Shown: in pieces, positions 19,686 to 29,223 of the stretch
Numbering within the stretch: the first letter of the stretch is position 1
Layout: the number at the start of each line of letters is the position of its first letter
Source of the DNA: Candidatus Micrarchaeia archaeon
GTDB lineage: Archaea; Micrarchaeota; Micrarchaeia; Micrarchaeales; CABMGC01
Length of the DNA stretch: 64,000 bases
NCBI GenBank assembly: GCA_049964835.1
Contig: JBMFWW010000002.1
Span: 16,701-80,700, forward strand
Reading direction: 5' to 3'
The notes under the pieces: model-generated
What the model saw: the letters and a program-made list of their open reading frames with translations, nothing else
The model's database searches: none
Told to the model about the DNA's origin: nothing
Translations under genes and position numbers: made by a program

Positions 19686-20123
19686 ATGTCAGATGCAAAA
19701 ATAACTTCAGACAAATCAGTTGGAAAAAATGAAGCTGTGAATCAACTAAGATATTTGCAGAACGTATACTCGCAGCAGTATGAAATAATTGAAAATCAAA
19801 TTTCAACATATTCTATGTCTATAGATGCAATACAAAAAGGTATAGATGCACTAGAAAAGGCTACAAAATCAGAAAAGGTAAATACACTTATAAATACCGG
19901 TCCTGGAGTTTATATGGATGGAGTAATAACAAATACAAAAACAACCTTAACTTACATCGGCGCCGGCTATTTAGTAGAAAAAACAGTAGCAGAAGCAAAG
20001 GAGTTTATATCAAACAATAAAAAAAGGCAGGAAGAGGTCCTTAAAAAGTTAGTTTCTGAAAAAAGCAAGCTTCAAAACGAATTATTAGATATAATGTATA
20101 AGTTGGAATCATTACAAGAGTAA
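19686..20123 (+). CDS. pfdA: prefoldin alpha subunit
   Basis: This is a 145-aa coiled-coil protein with a central beta-hairpin region (LINTGPGVYMDGVITNTKTTLTYIGAGYLVEKT). Its position directly upstream of ftsY is conserved. Confidence 0.7.
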   Translation: MSDAKITSDKSVGKNEAVNQLRYLQNVYSQQYEIIENQISTYSMSIDAIQKGIDALEKATKSEKVNTLINTGPGVYMDGVITNTKTTLTYIGAGYLVEKTVAEAKEFISNNKKRQEEVLKKLVSEKSKLQNELLDIMYKLESLQE

Positions 20124-20136
20124 TTTAGGTATTAAA

Positions 20137-21630
20137 ATGTTTGATGGACTAAAGAAGAAGTTTTCAAAATTCATAAACTCTGTAACTAAAAAAGAAGAAG
20201 AGGAGATAAAAACAGAGGAGAGCATTAAACAGGAAGTTTCATCAATATCAATACTACCACAGTCAACAGAAGCTCAAAAAGAAGTTCCAACAAAAGATGT
20301 TAATGAAGCACCTATATCTACAATTGAAAAAGAGTTTAGACAAGAAAGTATCAAACAAAATATTCATGAAACTAAATTCGGATCTAATTCTGATATTCAA
20401 AAACACCACTTTATAAAAGAGAAAGAATACGAAAAAGACAAAGAAGACAAAGAAGATAAAGAGGATAAAAAAGTAGTAATTCATAAAATTCCATCAGATA
20501 AAGAAAAAAACAAAACAGAACAAAATGAGGAACCATATAAACACACAGAAAAGATTCATGAAACAAATATTAAGCATGAAAAAGAGTCTAATCACTTAAA
20601 AGAGAATCAAAAAACAAATTCTACAAATACACAAGTCAATAAAGATGATTCTAATACAAAAAATAAAAGCATATTTGGTAAAGATATAAAAAATACATAC
20701 TCAATTGAAACCAAAAATGTACAAAAACCAAACGTCACATTCGGAACAAAAATAAAAAGTGTTTTCTTCAAAGAAGTAAGTATAAAAGAGAATGACATTG
20801 AGCCTTTTTTAGAGGATTTAAGAGAGTCATTACTTGAATCTGATGTTAATTACGACGCTTCAGAAAAAATATTAGGAAGTATAAAGACCTCTCTTTTATC
20901 TAGTAAGATTTCTTCAAAGAACATAAATTCACAGATAAGTGGCATTCTTCAAGATTCGATACTTAAGATACTGCAAAAACCTTCTAAAATAGATTTAATA
21001 TCTCTTGCATCATCAAAAAAGGCTTCTGGAGAGCCACTTAAAATTCTTTTCATAGGCCCTAATGGTGCCGGAAAGACAACAACTATGGCAAAGGTTGCAA
21101 CAATGTTTATAAAAAATGATATTTCTGTAGTAATGTCAGCTAGTGATACATTTCGTGCAGCTGCAATAGAGCAAACGGTCATTCATGCAGAAAGGCTTGG
21201 AGTAAATGTTATAAAAGGAAAGTATAATGCCGATCCGGCAAGCGTTGCTTTTGATGCAATAGCGCATGCCAAAGCACACCACATAAATGTTGTTTTAATA
21301 GACAGTGCAGGCAGGCAGGAAACAAACAAAAGTTTAATGGAAGAAATAAAGAAAATAGTGAGAATAGCAAAACCAGATCTAAAGATCTTTGTAGGTGAGG
21401 GAATAGCAGGCAATGCTCTATTAAATCAGGTTTCAGAGTTTAATTCTACTGTAGGATTAGACGGTGTTATATTAACAAAGCTTGATTGTGATGCAAAAGG
21501 AGGAAACACAATATCAATAATAAGTGAAACATCAGTGCCGATACTTTTCTTTGGTATTGGTGAAGGATATGATGATCTTCTTCCTTATGACCCTAATTTC
21601 ATAGTTAAAAATATCTTTTCTGCTTCTTAA
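20137..21630 (+). CDS. ftsY: signal recognition particle receptor FtsY with a long charged N-terminal extension
   Basis: The NG domain motifs are FIGPNGAGKTTT, DSAGRQ and TKLDCDAKGG. The N-terminal 200 aa or so are K/E/N-rich, including a KEDKEDKEDK stretch. Confidence 0.9.
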   Translation: MFDGLKKKFSKFINSVTKKEEEEIKTEESIKQEVSSISILPQSTEAQKEVPTKDVNEAPISTIEKEFRQESIKQNIHETKFGSNSDIQKHHFIKEKEYEKDKEDKEDKEDKKVVIHKIPSDKEKNKTEQNEEPYKHTEKIHETNIKHEKESNHLKENQKTNSTNTQVNKDDSNTKNKSIFGKDIKNTYSIETKNVQKPNVTFGTKIKSVFFKEVSIKENDIEPFLEDLRESLLESDVNYDASEKILGSIKTSLLSSKISSKNINSQISGILQDSILKILQKPSKIDLISLASSKKASGEPLKILFIGPNGAGKTTTMAKVATMFIKNDISVVMSASDTFRAAAIEQTVIHAERLGVNVIKGKYNADPASVAFDAIAHAKAHHINVVLIDSAGRQETNKSLMEEIKKIVRIAKPDLKIFVGEGIAGNALLNQVSEFNSTVGLDGVILTKLDCDAKGGNTISIISETSVPILFFGIGEGYDDLLPYDPNFIVKNIFSAS

Positions 21631-21697
21631 TTAACTAATAATTTTGTTAATTAATTATTAATTTTTAAAAATAAAAGAGTAAAAAATAAAAAAAAGT

Positions 21698-23086
21698 TTA
21701 TACCTCATTTTTAGGATTTAGTATTTTATCTAGCGTTTCCTTATCTAATACCTTCATTTCAAGACAAACTTGTTTTATGCTTTTATTCTCTTTTAATGCT
21801 ATCTTTGCAATCTGTGCTGCTTTTGAATATCCGATATATTGATTTAATGCAGTAGCAAGTTCTATGTCCATCTCTAGATATTTATCTATTCTTTCTTTAT
21901 TTGGTTTAATTCCTTTGACACACTCGTCATCAAATGTTTTTATTGCATTTGAAAGTATCTTTATACAATATAACAATTCAAATGAAATAAGAGGTGTGAA
22001 TACATTTAGTTCTAGCTGTGCCCCTGCAACCGCTTCAGAAACTGTTCGTGAAGAACCTATTACTCTATAACATACCATATTCAACATCTCTGGAATGCTA
22101 GGATTTATCTTTCCTGGCATAATTGATGATCCTGGAAGAGCTGGAGGAAGTATTATCTCAGAAAGGCCAGCTCTAGGCCCAGAGCTAAGAAGCCTTAAAT
22201 CATTGCATATCTTACTAAGCATTGTTGCTGTTGTTAATAGGGCATTTGATAGCTCAAGCTGTTCATATCTAAACGACATATTTGTAAAGATGCTGCTAGC
22301 TTTCCTAAGCTTAAGTTCGGTTTCCTTTCTTAGCTCTTCTATTATGTATTTTTGATACTCGCTTCCAGTGTTTATTCCTGTTCCTACCGCAGTCCCACCT
22401 ATCGGAACTTCTAGCAATGCTTCATATGCATTTTCAATACTAAGTAATGATTTAGATATTGCTCCAGCATAAGCACTAAACTCTTCACCAAGTTTCATTG
22501 GCACAGCATCTTGAAGATGCGTTCTACCAATCTTTACTATATTTAAAAATTCCTTTGATTTATAAGAAAAGCTTTCATGAAGTTTTTTTAATTGCGGTAT
22601 TAAGTATTTATTCAAAGTAGTTGCACATGCTATATTTACTGCAGAAGGATATGTGTCATTTGTTGATTGAGACATATTAACATGATCATTTGGATGTACT
22701 ATTTTGTATGAACCTTTTTTACCACCTAACTTTTCTATTGCTATATTTGCTATAACCTCATTTAAGTTCATGTTTAGACTTGTTCCTGCTCCAGCTTGAA
22801 ATGGATCTATTATAAACTGGCCATTAAATTTACCACTTAAAATTTCATTACAAGCGTAAAGTATTGCATTACAAATTTTCTTATCTAATTTATTTGCTTT
22901 CATATTCGCAATTGCTGTAGCTTTCTTTAACTTCGCATAACTGTAAATAAGATCAAGGTCAACTCTCTGACCAGATATTTTAAATTTGTTAATGGTTCTT
23001 TGCGTTTCTGATCCGTAATAGACTTCAATTGGCAATTCAACTTTTCCTAACGCATCCGTTTCAACTCTATTTCTCATTTTTCTCAA
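21698..23086 (-). CDS. fumC: class II fumarate hydratase / aspartate ammonia-lyase family enzyme (fumarase by context)
   Basis: It has the signature GSSIMPGKINP and the N-terminal VETDALGKVELPIEVYYGSETQRTINKF. The motifs are intermediate between FumC and AspA. The fumarase call rests on its being the last gene of the SDH operon, where it overlaps sdhB by 20 nt. Confidence 0.7.
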   Translation of the reverse strand: MRKMRNRVETDALGKVELPIEVYYGSETQRTINKFKISGQRVDLDLIYSYAKLKKATAIANMKANKLDKKICNAILYACNEILSGKFNGQFIIDPFQAGAGTSLNMNLNEVIANIAIEKLGGKKGSYKIVHPNDHVNMSQSTNDTYPSAVNIACATTLNKYLIPQLKKLHESFSYKSKEFLNIVKIGRTHLQDAVPMKLGEEFSAYAGAISKSLLSIENAYEALLEVPIGGTAVGTGINTGSEYQKYIIEELRKETELKLRKASSIFTNMSFRYEQLELSNALLTTATMLSKICNDLRLLSSGPRAGLSEIILPPALPGSSIMPGKINPSIPEMLNMVCYRVIGSSRTVSEAVAGAQLELNVFTPLISFELLYCIKILSNAIKTFDDECVKGIKPNKERIDKYLEMDIELATALNQYIGYSKAAQIAKIALKENKSIKQVCLEMKVLDKETLDKILNPKNEV

Positions 23087-24059
23087 CCTCCTTTTTAATT
23101 CCTAAATATTCTTCTGCAGTCGCTGCCTTAAGTAATTGTATTGCAGATGCAGGATCAACTCCTTTTGGACATGCTTTAGAGCATGCTCCTGCAAATTCAC
23201 AACCCCATAATCCAGTTAATTTATCTACAATTGTAATTCTGCTTTCCATTTGATCTCTTGAATCCTTATAATACCTATAAGCTTGAGATAATGCTTGTGG
23301 CCCTATAAACTCCTTATTTGTATTAACTACTGGACAAGCATCCATACAAAGACCACACATAATACAGTACGAGTATGGCAAAAATTCATTTATCTGAGCA
23401 CTGCTTTGCTCATATGGAGATCTTCCACTCATCTGTTCTATTTTATTATTTCTCACTAAATGTGGTTCTACCTCTTTATGTTTATCAATAAATTCAGTAA
23501 AGTCAGTAACAAGATCCTTTAATATCGGATGACTTTCCATAGGCTCAACCTTTACAACCTTTTTGTCCTTGCATAATTCAATGAAGTTTGTTTCACATGC
23601 AAGTGATGGTTTTCCATCTATTACCATTCCACAAGATCCGCATATTCCCATCCTACAACTATATCTTATTGATAAGGTATTATCTTGCTTTTCTTTCACT
23701 TCTAAAAGTGCATCAAGTACGCTTGAAAAATTATTTACATCAACTTTATGATTAGTTGTAAACTGTATATTTTTTTCAGAATCAAATCTTTTTATTTCTA
23801 ATGTATAATCTTTAATATTTACCTTTAAGTTGTTGTAAGGCGTTTTAACTTTAACTTTTGATATATTTGTTTTTTCAGTTCTGTAATAAATTTCTACAAT
23901 TCCAAGAATAGAAAATACAATTAAGTCCACAGCTAAAAGAAATAAAATAATTTTTAAGAATGCAAAATAAAAATAAGCCGATATTAGAAAAACAAAGAAA
24001 AGTATTGGAAGCGCTCCCATTGCAACATAAAACGATAAGAAGTACTTTGATGTTCTCAT
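23067..24059 (-). CDS. sdhB: succinate dehydrogenase/fumarate reductase iron-sulfur subunit fused to two N-terminal transmembrane helices
   Basis: The cluster motifs are CRMGICGSCGMVIDGKPSLAC (2Fe-2S), CIMCGLCMDACP (4Fe-4S) and CEFAGACSKACP (3Fe-4S). The first 60 aa or so (YFLSFYVAMGALPILFFVFLISAYFYFAFLKIILFLLAVDLIVFSILGIVEIYY) are strongly hydrophobic. Confidence 0.85.
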   Translation of the reverse strand: MRTSKYFLSFYVAMGALPILFFVFLISAYFYFAFLKIILFLLAVDLIVFSILGIVEIYYRTEKTNISKVKVKTPYNNLKVNIKDYTLEIKRFDSEKNIQFTTNHKVDVNNFSSVLDALLEVKEKQDNTLSIRYSCRMGICGSCGMVIDGKPSLACETNFIELCKDKKVVKVEPMESHPILKDLVTDFTEFIDKHKEVEPHLVRNNKIEQMSGRSPYEQSSAQINEFLPYSYCIMCGLCMDACPVVNTNKEFIGPQALSQAYRYYKDSRDQMESRITIVDKLTGLWGCEFAGACSKACPKGVDPASAIQLLKAATAEEYLGIKKEVEKNEK

Positions 24060-24460
24060 ATAAAAATCATCTTAATATATATTATAAAAAGAAGCAGCCA
24101 TACAATTACAGTTGTATACTTTAGCACATTCAAAAAAATATATTTTCTCTTTAGGTTATTGCTAATAAGAAATGACTGATTCATATACCCAGATATGTGT
24201 CCATTACTTACTTTTATATTAAAAACCTTTACTACTGAGTATAATTGTGGCGTAAAAAGTAGCCATATACTACTTATTAAAATTTCTATAAACAGCAGGT
24301 CATTTACATTAAATAAAATAAGTAAAAATATTGCAATACTCGTAATAATGCCAAGAATAACTATAGCTCTATAAAAAAGCATGTGAAAGAAGGCTAGTTT
24401 ATCAAATGGCATTAATCTTTTAATATTACTTTGCCTTCCTCTAAAATCGATCTCCTTCAT
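24056..24460 (-). CDS. small polytopic membrane protein, candidate SDH membrane anchor
   Basis: This 134-aa protein has about 3 predicted TM helices. It lies between sdhA and sdhB, with overlaps of 1 nt and 4 nt. I see no recognisable SdhC/SdhD sequence motif. Confidence 0.4.
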   Translation of the reverse strand: MKEIDFRGRQSNIKRLMPFDKLAFFHMLFYRAIVILGIITSIAIFLLILFNVNDLLFIEILISSIWLLFTPQLYSVVKVFNIKVSNGHISGYMNQSFLISNNLKRKYIFLNVLKYTTVIVWLLLFIIYIKMIFI

Positions 24461-26193
24461 TAATATCTCCTTTCTTCAGGCATCCACTTTGTTACTGTTA
24501 CATTTTTATATCCAATATTTATTCCTGTAGCTGATTTTTCTATTATAGTATGTTTTAGCCAATTCTTATCGTCTCTTTTAGGATAATCATATCTGGTATG
24601 TGCTCCTCTGCTCTCTTTTCTATTCAACGCCGTGAGCGCAACAACATAAGCAAGTTCGATCTGATTTTGAAATTCTAACGCATCTCTTAAATTGGTATTA
24701 AATGTTTTCGATTTATCTTTTACATAAATATCATTAATTTTTTTCATAAGATTTTCAAGTTTTGAAATTCCTTTTAACATTTCCTTTTCATTTCTGTAAA
24801 CATAAAAATACTCCTCCATAATATTTCTCATTTCATCTTGTAGTTCATATGGTGAATATTTTCCTTTCTTTCCATAGTAACTTAAAACACGTTTCTCTTC
24901 TTCAATTGCACTCTGCTTTAGCTCTTCAATATCCTTTTCATTTAAATCATGTAAGTTGCGTGCTGATTCTATGCCTACTATTCTTCCCCATACTGAGCAT
25001 TGGCTCAATGAATTGCTACCTAATCTATTTGCACCATGTACACTAACACAGCCACACTCACCAACAGCCCATAAATTTTTTATCCATTTATTTTCAAGTG
25101 ACAAAATTCTTCCATTTAAATCGGTGTTTATACCACCCATAGTAAAGTGCGCAGCAGGCCTTACAGGTATTAAATCAGTTTCAGGATCAACTCCAATACT
25201 TTTCATACATATTTCTTTTATCATAGGGAGTTTTTTGTTGATTACTTCTTTTCCTAAATGCCTTAAATCAAGATTGACATAATAAAGACCAGTAGTTTTG
25301 TCCTTGATGCCTCTACCTTCATTAATTTCAGTTATTATTGCTCTTGAGATTATGTCTCTAGGTGCTAGCTCCATTTTTGACGGAGCGTAATTTTTCATAA
25401 ATCTCTCATTATTCTTATTGATTAGATAACCTCCTTCCCCTCTTGCCGCTTCAGTTATAAGTATTCCATTTGGTACAAGAGCAGTTGGATGAAATTGTAC
25501 AAACTCCATATCTTTCAATGAAGCTCCAGCATTGAAAGCTAGTGAAATTCCATCACCTGTTGTTGAATGGGCAGTAGTTGTCAATTTGTATATTCTAGAA
25601 AAACCACCAGTAGCTATTGCCATTGATGGCCCATAAATTAGCTTTGTTTTTCCATTAGCAAGTTCTACACATAAAATGCCTACAGCATTATCCGTTCTTA
25701 ATATTTTTGTTGCATAGTGCTCATGAAAAATATCAATATTTTTAATAGAGAGTACCTGGTCATATAAAGCGCGCATCATGAAAAAGCCTGTTTTGTCAGC
25801 AGCAAAAGCTGTTCTAGGTACACTCATGCCTCCAAAAGGTCTTTCAGAAATACTTCCATCATCTCCTCTATTCCATGGAACACCGACATGTTCAAAAAAA
25901 ACTATCTCTTTCGGTGCATTTTTTACAAGTATCTCTACAGCATCCTGATCAGACAAATAATCCGAGCCCTTTATTGTATCATACGCATGCAGCTTTTCAG
26001 TATCACCATTTTCTTTAGGATATAAAACTCCAGATATACCTCCTTCTGCAGATACTGAATGGCTCCTCATAGCATGTAGTTTTGTTACTATTGCTATCTT
26101 CAAGTTCTTTTTACTCTCTGCTGCATGAATTGCAGTGGTAAGACCACCTATACCGCTGCCTAATACTATTAAATCATAATTTAAGTAATCCAT
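24460..26193 (-). CDS. sdhA: succinate dehydrogenase/fumarate reductase flavoprotein subunit
   Basis: The FAD-binding motif is DLIVLGSGIGGLTTA. The covalent-FAD histidine context is MRSHSVSAEGGI. The C-terminal ESRGAHTRYDYP is also present. Confidence 0.9.
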   Translation of the reverse strand: MDYLNYDLIVLGSGIGGLTTAIHAAESKKNLKIAIVTKLHAMRSHSVSAEGGISGVLYPKENGDTEKLHAYDTIKGSDYLSDQDAVEILVKNAPKEIVFFEHVGVPWNRGDDGSISERPFGGMSVPRTAFAADKTGFFMMRALYDQVLSIKNIDIFHEHYATKILRTDNAVGILCVELANGKTKLIYGPSMAIATGGFSRIYKLTTTAHSTTGDGISLAFNAGASLKDMEFVQFHPTALVPNGILITEAARGEGGYLINKNNERFMKNYAPSKMELAPRDIISRAIITEINEGRGIKDKTTGLYYVNLDLRHLGKEVINKKLPMIKEICMKSIGVDPETDLIPVRPAAHFTMGGINTDLNGRILSLENKWIKNLWAVGECGCVSVHGANRLGSNSLSQCSVWGRIVGIESARNLHDLNEKDIEELKQSAIEEEKRVLSYYGKKGKYSPYELQDEMRNIMEEYFYVYRNEKEMLKGISKLENLMKKINDIYVKDKSKTFNTNLRDALEFQNQIELAYVVALTALNRKESRGAHTRYDYPKRDDKNWLKHTIIEKSATGINIGYKNVTVTKWMPEERRY

Positions 26194-26273
26194 TACAACA
26201 CTTTATCAATAAGCAATAAATATTAAAAATATATGTATTATTATAGTATACATAAGAAAGCAATGATGATAAT

Positions 26274-27581
26274 ATGATGGATGATGAAACATTTTTTAAT
26301 TTTGAAGACGAAATACTAAACACATTGGCTACAAAACTTAGCGGTTTTCAAACTGATGAAGATATAAAAAATGTAATATTAAAAACAGCAAGAATAATTG
26401 ATCCTGAGATAACAAATGAAGATTTAGACAGGCTTCAAAAAGATATTAATGATTTTTATCCTATAACCAAATACATAAACAACGACGATGTAGAAGACGT
26501 AATGGTAAACAATACTAAAGACATCTTTGTATATGATAGTGAAAAAGGACCGGTAATGGTTCCTGAAAGAGTTGAAGACAAAAGAAAGTTAGAACGTCTT
26601 GTGAAAAAGTTTAAGATGTACGCAACTGTTGTATCTGCTAATAAGAACATATACGATGTTCATCTACCAAACAAATCAAGAGTAAATATTGTGGAGTCAC
26701 CACTAGGCGCAGATATAACAATACGAAACTTCAGGCAAAAAGCGCTTAGCGCAATAGATTTAATAAACATGGGTGAAATGAGCTATAATATGGCAGGAAG
26801 GTTTTGGCTATACTCTGAAGGACTTAAGATAAGACCTGCAAATATGTTGATTGGGGGAATGCCTGCAGCTGGTAAAACAACACTTTTAAATTCGATGTTT
26901 AGTTTTTTCAGACCAGAACAAAGAATAATTACAATAGAAGATACATACGAGCTTAATACTGAAACACAAGACAACTGTGTTAGGTTAGAAACAAGCTCAG
27001 AGGTATCCTTAGAAGAGCTAGTTCAAAATGCATTGAGAATGAGGCCAGATTTATTAATAGTTGGAGAAGTAAGAGGAAAAGAAGCAAAGGACATGATGAC
27101 AGCAATGAATATAGGTAAGATTTCAATGAGTACAATACACGCAAGCACAGCCAGAGATATAATAACAAGACTTGAACATACTCCTATGAATGTTGAAAAG
27201 GATATTATTCCATTAATAGATGCTCTTGTTCTAGTATCACAAATTAATATAGATGGAAAGTTTGTAAGGAAAATAACACAAATATCTGAAATTTCTGGAA
27301 TAGAAACGCAGGTTTTGCTTTCTGATTTGTATAAATACGATTATAAAACAAGAAAGGGTTCGGACATACTTCCTAGTGTTACCTACAGGGATACACTTGC
27401 AAGTCTTACTGGGTTGCCACCAAGTGAGATAGTGCGCGAGGAGAGAAGAAGAGCAAAGATTCTTGAAGCAATGAACAAAAAAGGCATAAGGGGCTTAAGA
27501 GATATAAATGAGGTTTGCAGAGAGTATTACGACAATCCTAATCGAGTATTAGCTAAACTTGAGATAGCAGACTCGGTTTAG
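26274..27581 (+). CDS. type II/IV secretion-system ATPase (archaeal PilB/ArlI/VirB11 family)
   Basis: Walker A is GGMPAAGKTTLLNS, Walker B is PDLLIVGEVRG, and the His box is MSTIHAS. Confidence 0.8.
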   Translation: MMDDETFFNFEDEILNTLATKLSGFQTDEDIKNVILKTARIIDPEITNEDLDRLQKDINDFYPITKYINNDDVEDVMVNNTKDIFVYDSEKGPVMVPERVEDKRKLERLVKKFKMYATVVSANKNIYDVHLPNKSRVNIVESPLGADITIRNFRQKALSAIDLINMGEMSYNMAGRFWLYSEGLKIRPANMLIGGMPAAGKTTLLNSMFSFFRPEQRIITIEDTYELNTETQDNCVRLETSSEVSLEELVQNALRMRPDLLIVGEVRGKEAKDMMTAMNIGKISMSTIHASTARDIITRLEHTPMNVEKDIIPLIDALVLVSQINIDGKFVRKITQISEISGIETQVLLSDLYKYDYKTRKGSDILPSVTYRDTLASLTGLPPSEIVREERRRAKILEAMNKKGIRGLRDINEVCREYYDNPNRVLAKLEIADSV

Positions 27582-27600
27582 TCACATTTTAGATGTAGAA

Positions 27601-28443
27601 ATGTCATTTTTACAAAAATTAGTAGCATCAAGATGGATTGCAGGAACAACTATAGAAGAAGAAATAAAAGTTGTCAAAAAATTAAAAGAAAAAAATTTAA
27701 ACTCGATAATTAATTATCTCGGAGAGGATATAAACAACGCAGAAAAAGCAAAAGCTTCACTAGATATATATTTGGAATGCATAAAAGATATAAAAGAAAA
27801 TAATCTCAATTCACAAATAGCCATAAAGGCTTCTCAGTTAGGACTTTTTGTAAATGATAAAGTACTTAAAAAAAATTATGAGCAAATAATTAAAAAAGCA
27901 AAAATAGAAGGCATCTTTGTTTGGTTAGATATGGAGCGTTATGATACTGTAGACAAAACAATTTCACTATATAAAAAATATATATCTTATGGAAACACTG
28001 GAATTTGTATTCAATCTTATTTAAAAAGATCATTTAAAGACGTTAAAATTCTTCTTGAATTGGGAGCTGCAATTCGTATAGTCAAAGGGGCATATACCGA
28101 ATCAAGCACAATAGCTCACAATAGAGATGACGCAACTAAGAACTATATTAAAATATTAAATTATACTTTTAAAAAATCAGAAAACTTCACCGTAGCAACA
28201 CATGATCTTTCTATAATTAAAAAATCTGTAGAGTTATCAAAAAAATATAAAAAAGAACCTGAATATGCAATGTTATATGGAATAAGAAATAATATTGCTT
28301 TTAAGTTAGCTAAAAAACATAAAATGAATCTATATGTTCCATTTGGCAAAGATTGGTTTAAGTACTCCTATAGAAGACTTAGAGAATTTAGTAATCTAAA
28401 ATTAGTACTCCATTCACTATTAGAAAATCAAAAATTAGATTAA
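27601..28443 (+). CDS. proline dehydrogenase (monofunctional PutA-type PRODH)
   Basis: INYLGEDI, IAIKASQLGL, VWLDMERYD, ICIQSYLKRS, IRIVKGAYTES, VATHD, AMLYGIR, YVPFGKDWFKYSYRRLRE match the PRODH TIM-barrel motifs block by block. Confidence 0.8.
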   Translation: MSFLQKLVASRWIAGTTIEEEIKVVKKLKEKNLNSIINYLGEDINNAEKAKASLDIYLECIKDIKENNLNSQIAIKASQLGLFVNDKVLKKNYEQIIKKAKIEGIFVWLDMERYDTVDKTISLYKKYISYGNTGICIQSYLKRSFKDVKILLELGAAIRIVKGAYTESSTIAHNRDDATKNYIKILNYTFKKSENFTVATHDLSIIKKSVELSKKYKKEPEYAMLYGIRNNIAFKLAKKHKMNLYVPFGKDWFKYSYRRLREFSNLKLVLHSLLENQKLD

Positions 28444-28453
28444 GTGTTATTTT

Positions 28454-29206
28454 ATGATATCTGAATATTTTAATGAACTTTCAATTAAAAAAGTGGAAAC
28501 TAAATTTGGAAATGTAAGTTATCGAACAAATTCTACTGGAGGAAATACACTTGTTTTAATACACGGACTTGCGGCTACTTCAAAAAGCTGGAATAAATTT
28601 ATAAATTATCTTCCAAAAAGTATAAATCTAATAATACCTGATTTACTCGGGCATGGGGAATCTGATGCTCCAAATATAGAATATCATGTTACTAATCAAA
28701 CTGCAATAATCGAAGAAATATTGAAAAAAGAGGAAGTATCATCATATGTATTATTTGGACATTCCTATGGTGGTTGGGTAGCTACACTCCTTTCTATAAA
28801 AAATAAGAATCTTAAAGCCTTGATACTTGAAGATTCAAATGGTCTAAAGGCATTTTTCAATGAGGTAAAAGGTACTAAAAAAAGAGAGGAATATAAAAAG
28901 AATTTAATTAAAAAAGCGCTTTTTCTTAATGCAAATGAGTATGTTGTTAAAAGTATTGTTAATGATGAATTTAGTACGCACCAATTATCTGATGATGATT
29001 TAGTAAATATATCCGTCCCTACTCTTATTTTATGGGGTGAATTAGATCAAACAGTGGATAGAAAATTTGGTTATATGTTCAAAAAATTAATTCATAATAG
29101 TGAGTTAGAGATAATAAAAAATTCAAAGCATACTCCACACTATTCAAATCCTGAAAAAACTGCAGATATTGTAAAAGACTTTCTTGCAAAAATTAAGTTC
29201 TTATGA
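28454..29206 (+). CDS. alpha/beta-fold hydrolase
   Basis: LVLIHGLAATS forms the oxyanion region, the nucleophile elbow is GHSYGG, and the C-terminal SKHTPH supplies the catalytic His. Confidence 0.75.
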   Translation: MISEYFNELSIKKVETKFGNVSYRTNSTGGNTLVLIHGLAATSKSWNKFINYLPKSINLIIPDLLGHGESDAPNIEYHVTNQTAIIEEILKKEEVSSYVLFGHSYGGWVATLLSIKNKNLKALILEDSNGLKAFFNEVKGTKKREEYKKNLIKKALFLNANEYVVKSIVNDEFSTHQLSDDDLVNISVPTLILWGELDQTVDRKFGYMFKKLIHNSELEIIKNSKHTPHYSNPEKTADIVKDFLAKIKFL

Positions 29207-29223
29207 TTTTTACTTTTTATCAA

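Noticed and set aside
20430-20480. A short tandem codon repeat (GACAAAGAAGACAAAGAAGATAAAGAGGATAAA, encoding KEDKEDKEDK).
   Set aside because: This is a simple low-complexity expansion inside the FtsY N-terminal extension. It is not a CRISPR-like or regulatory repeat.
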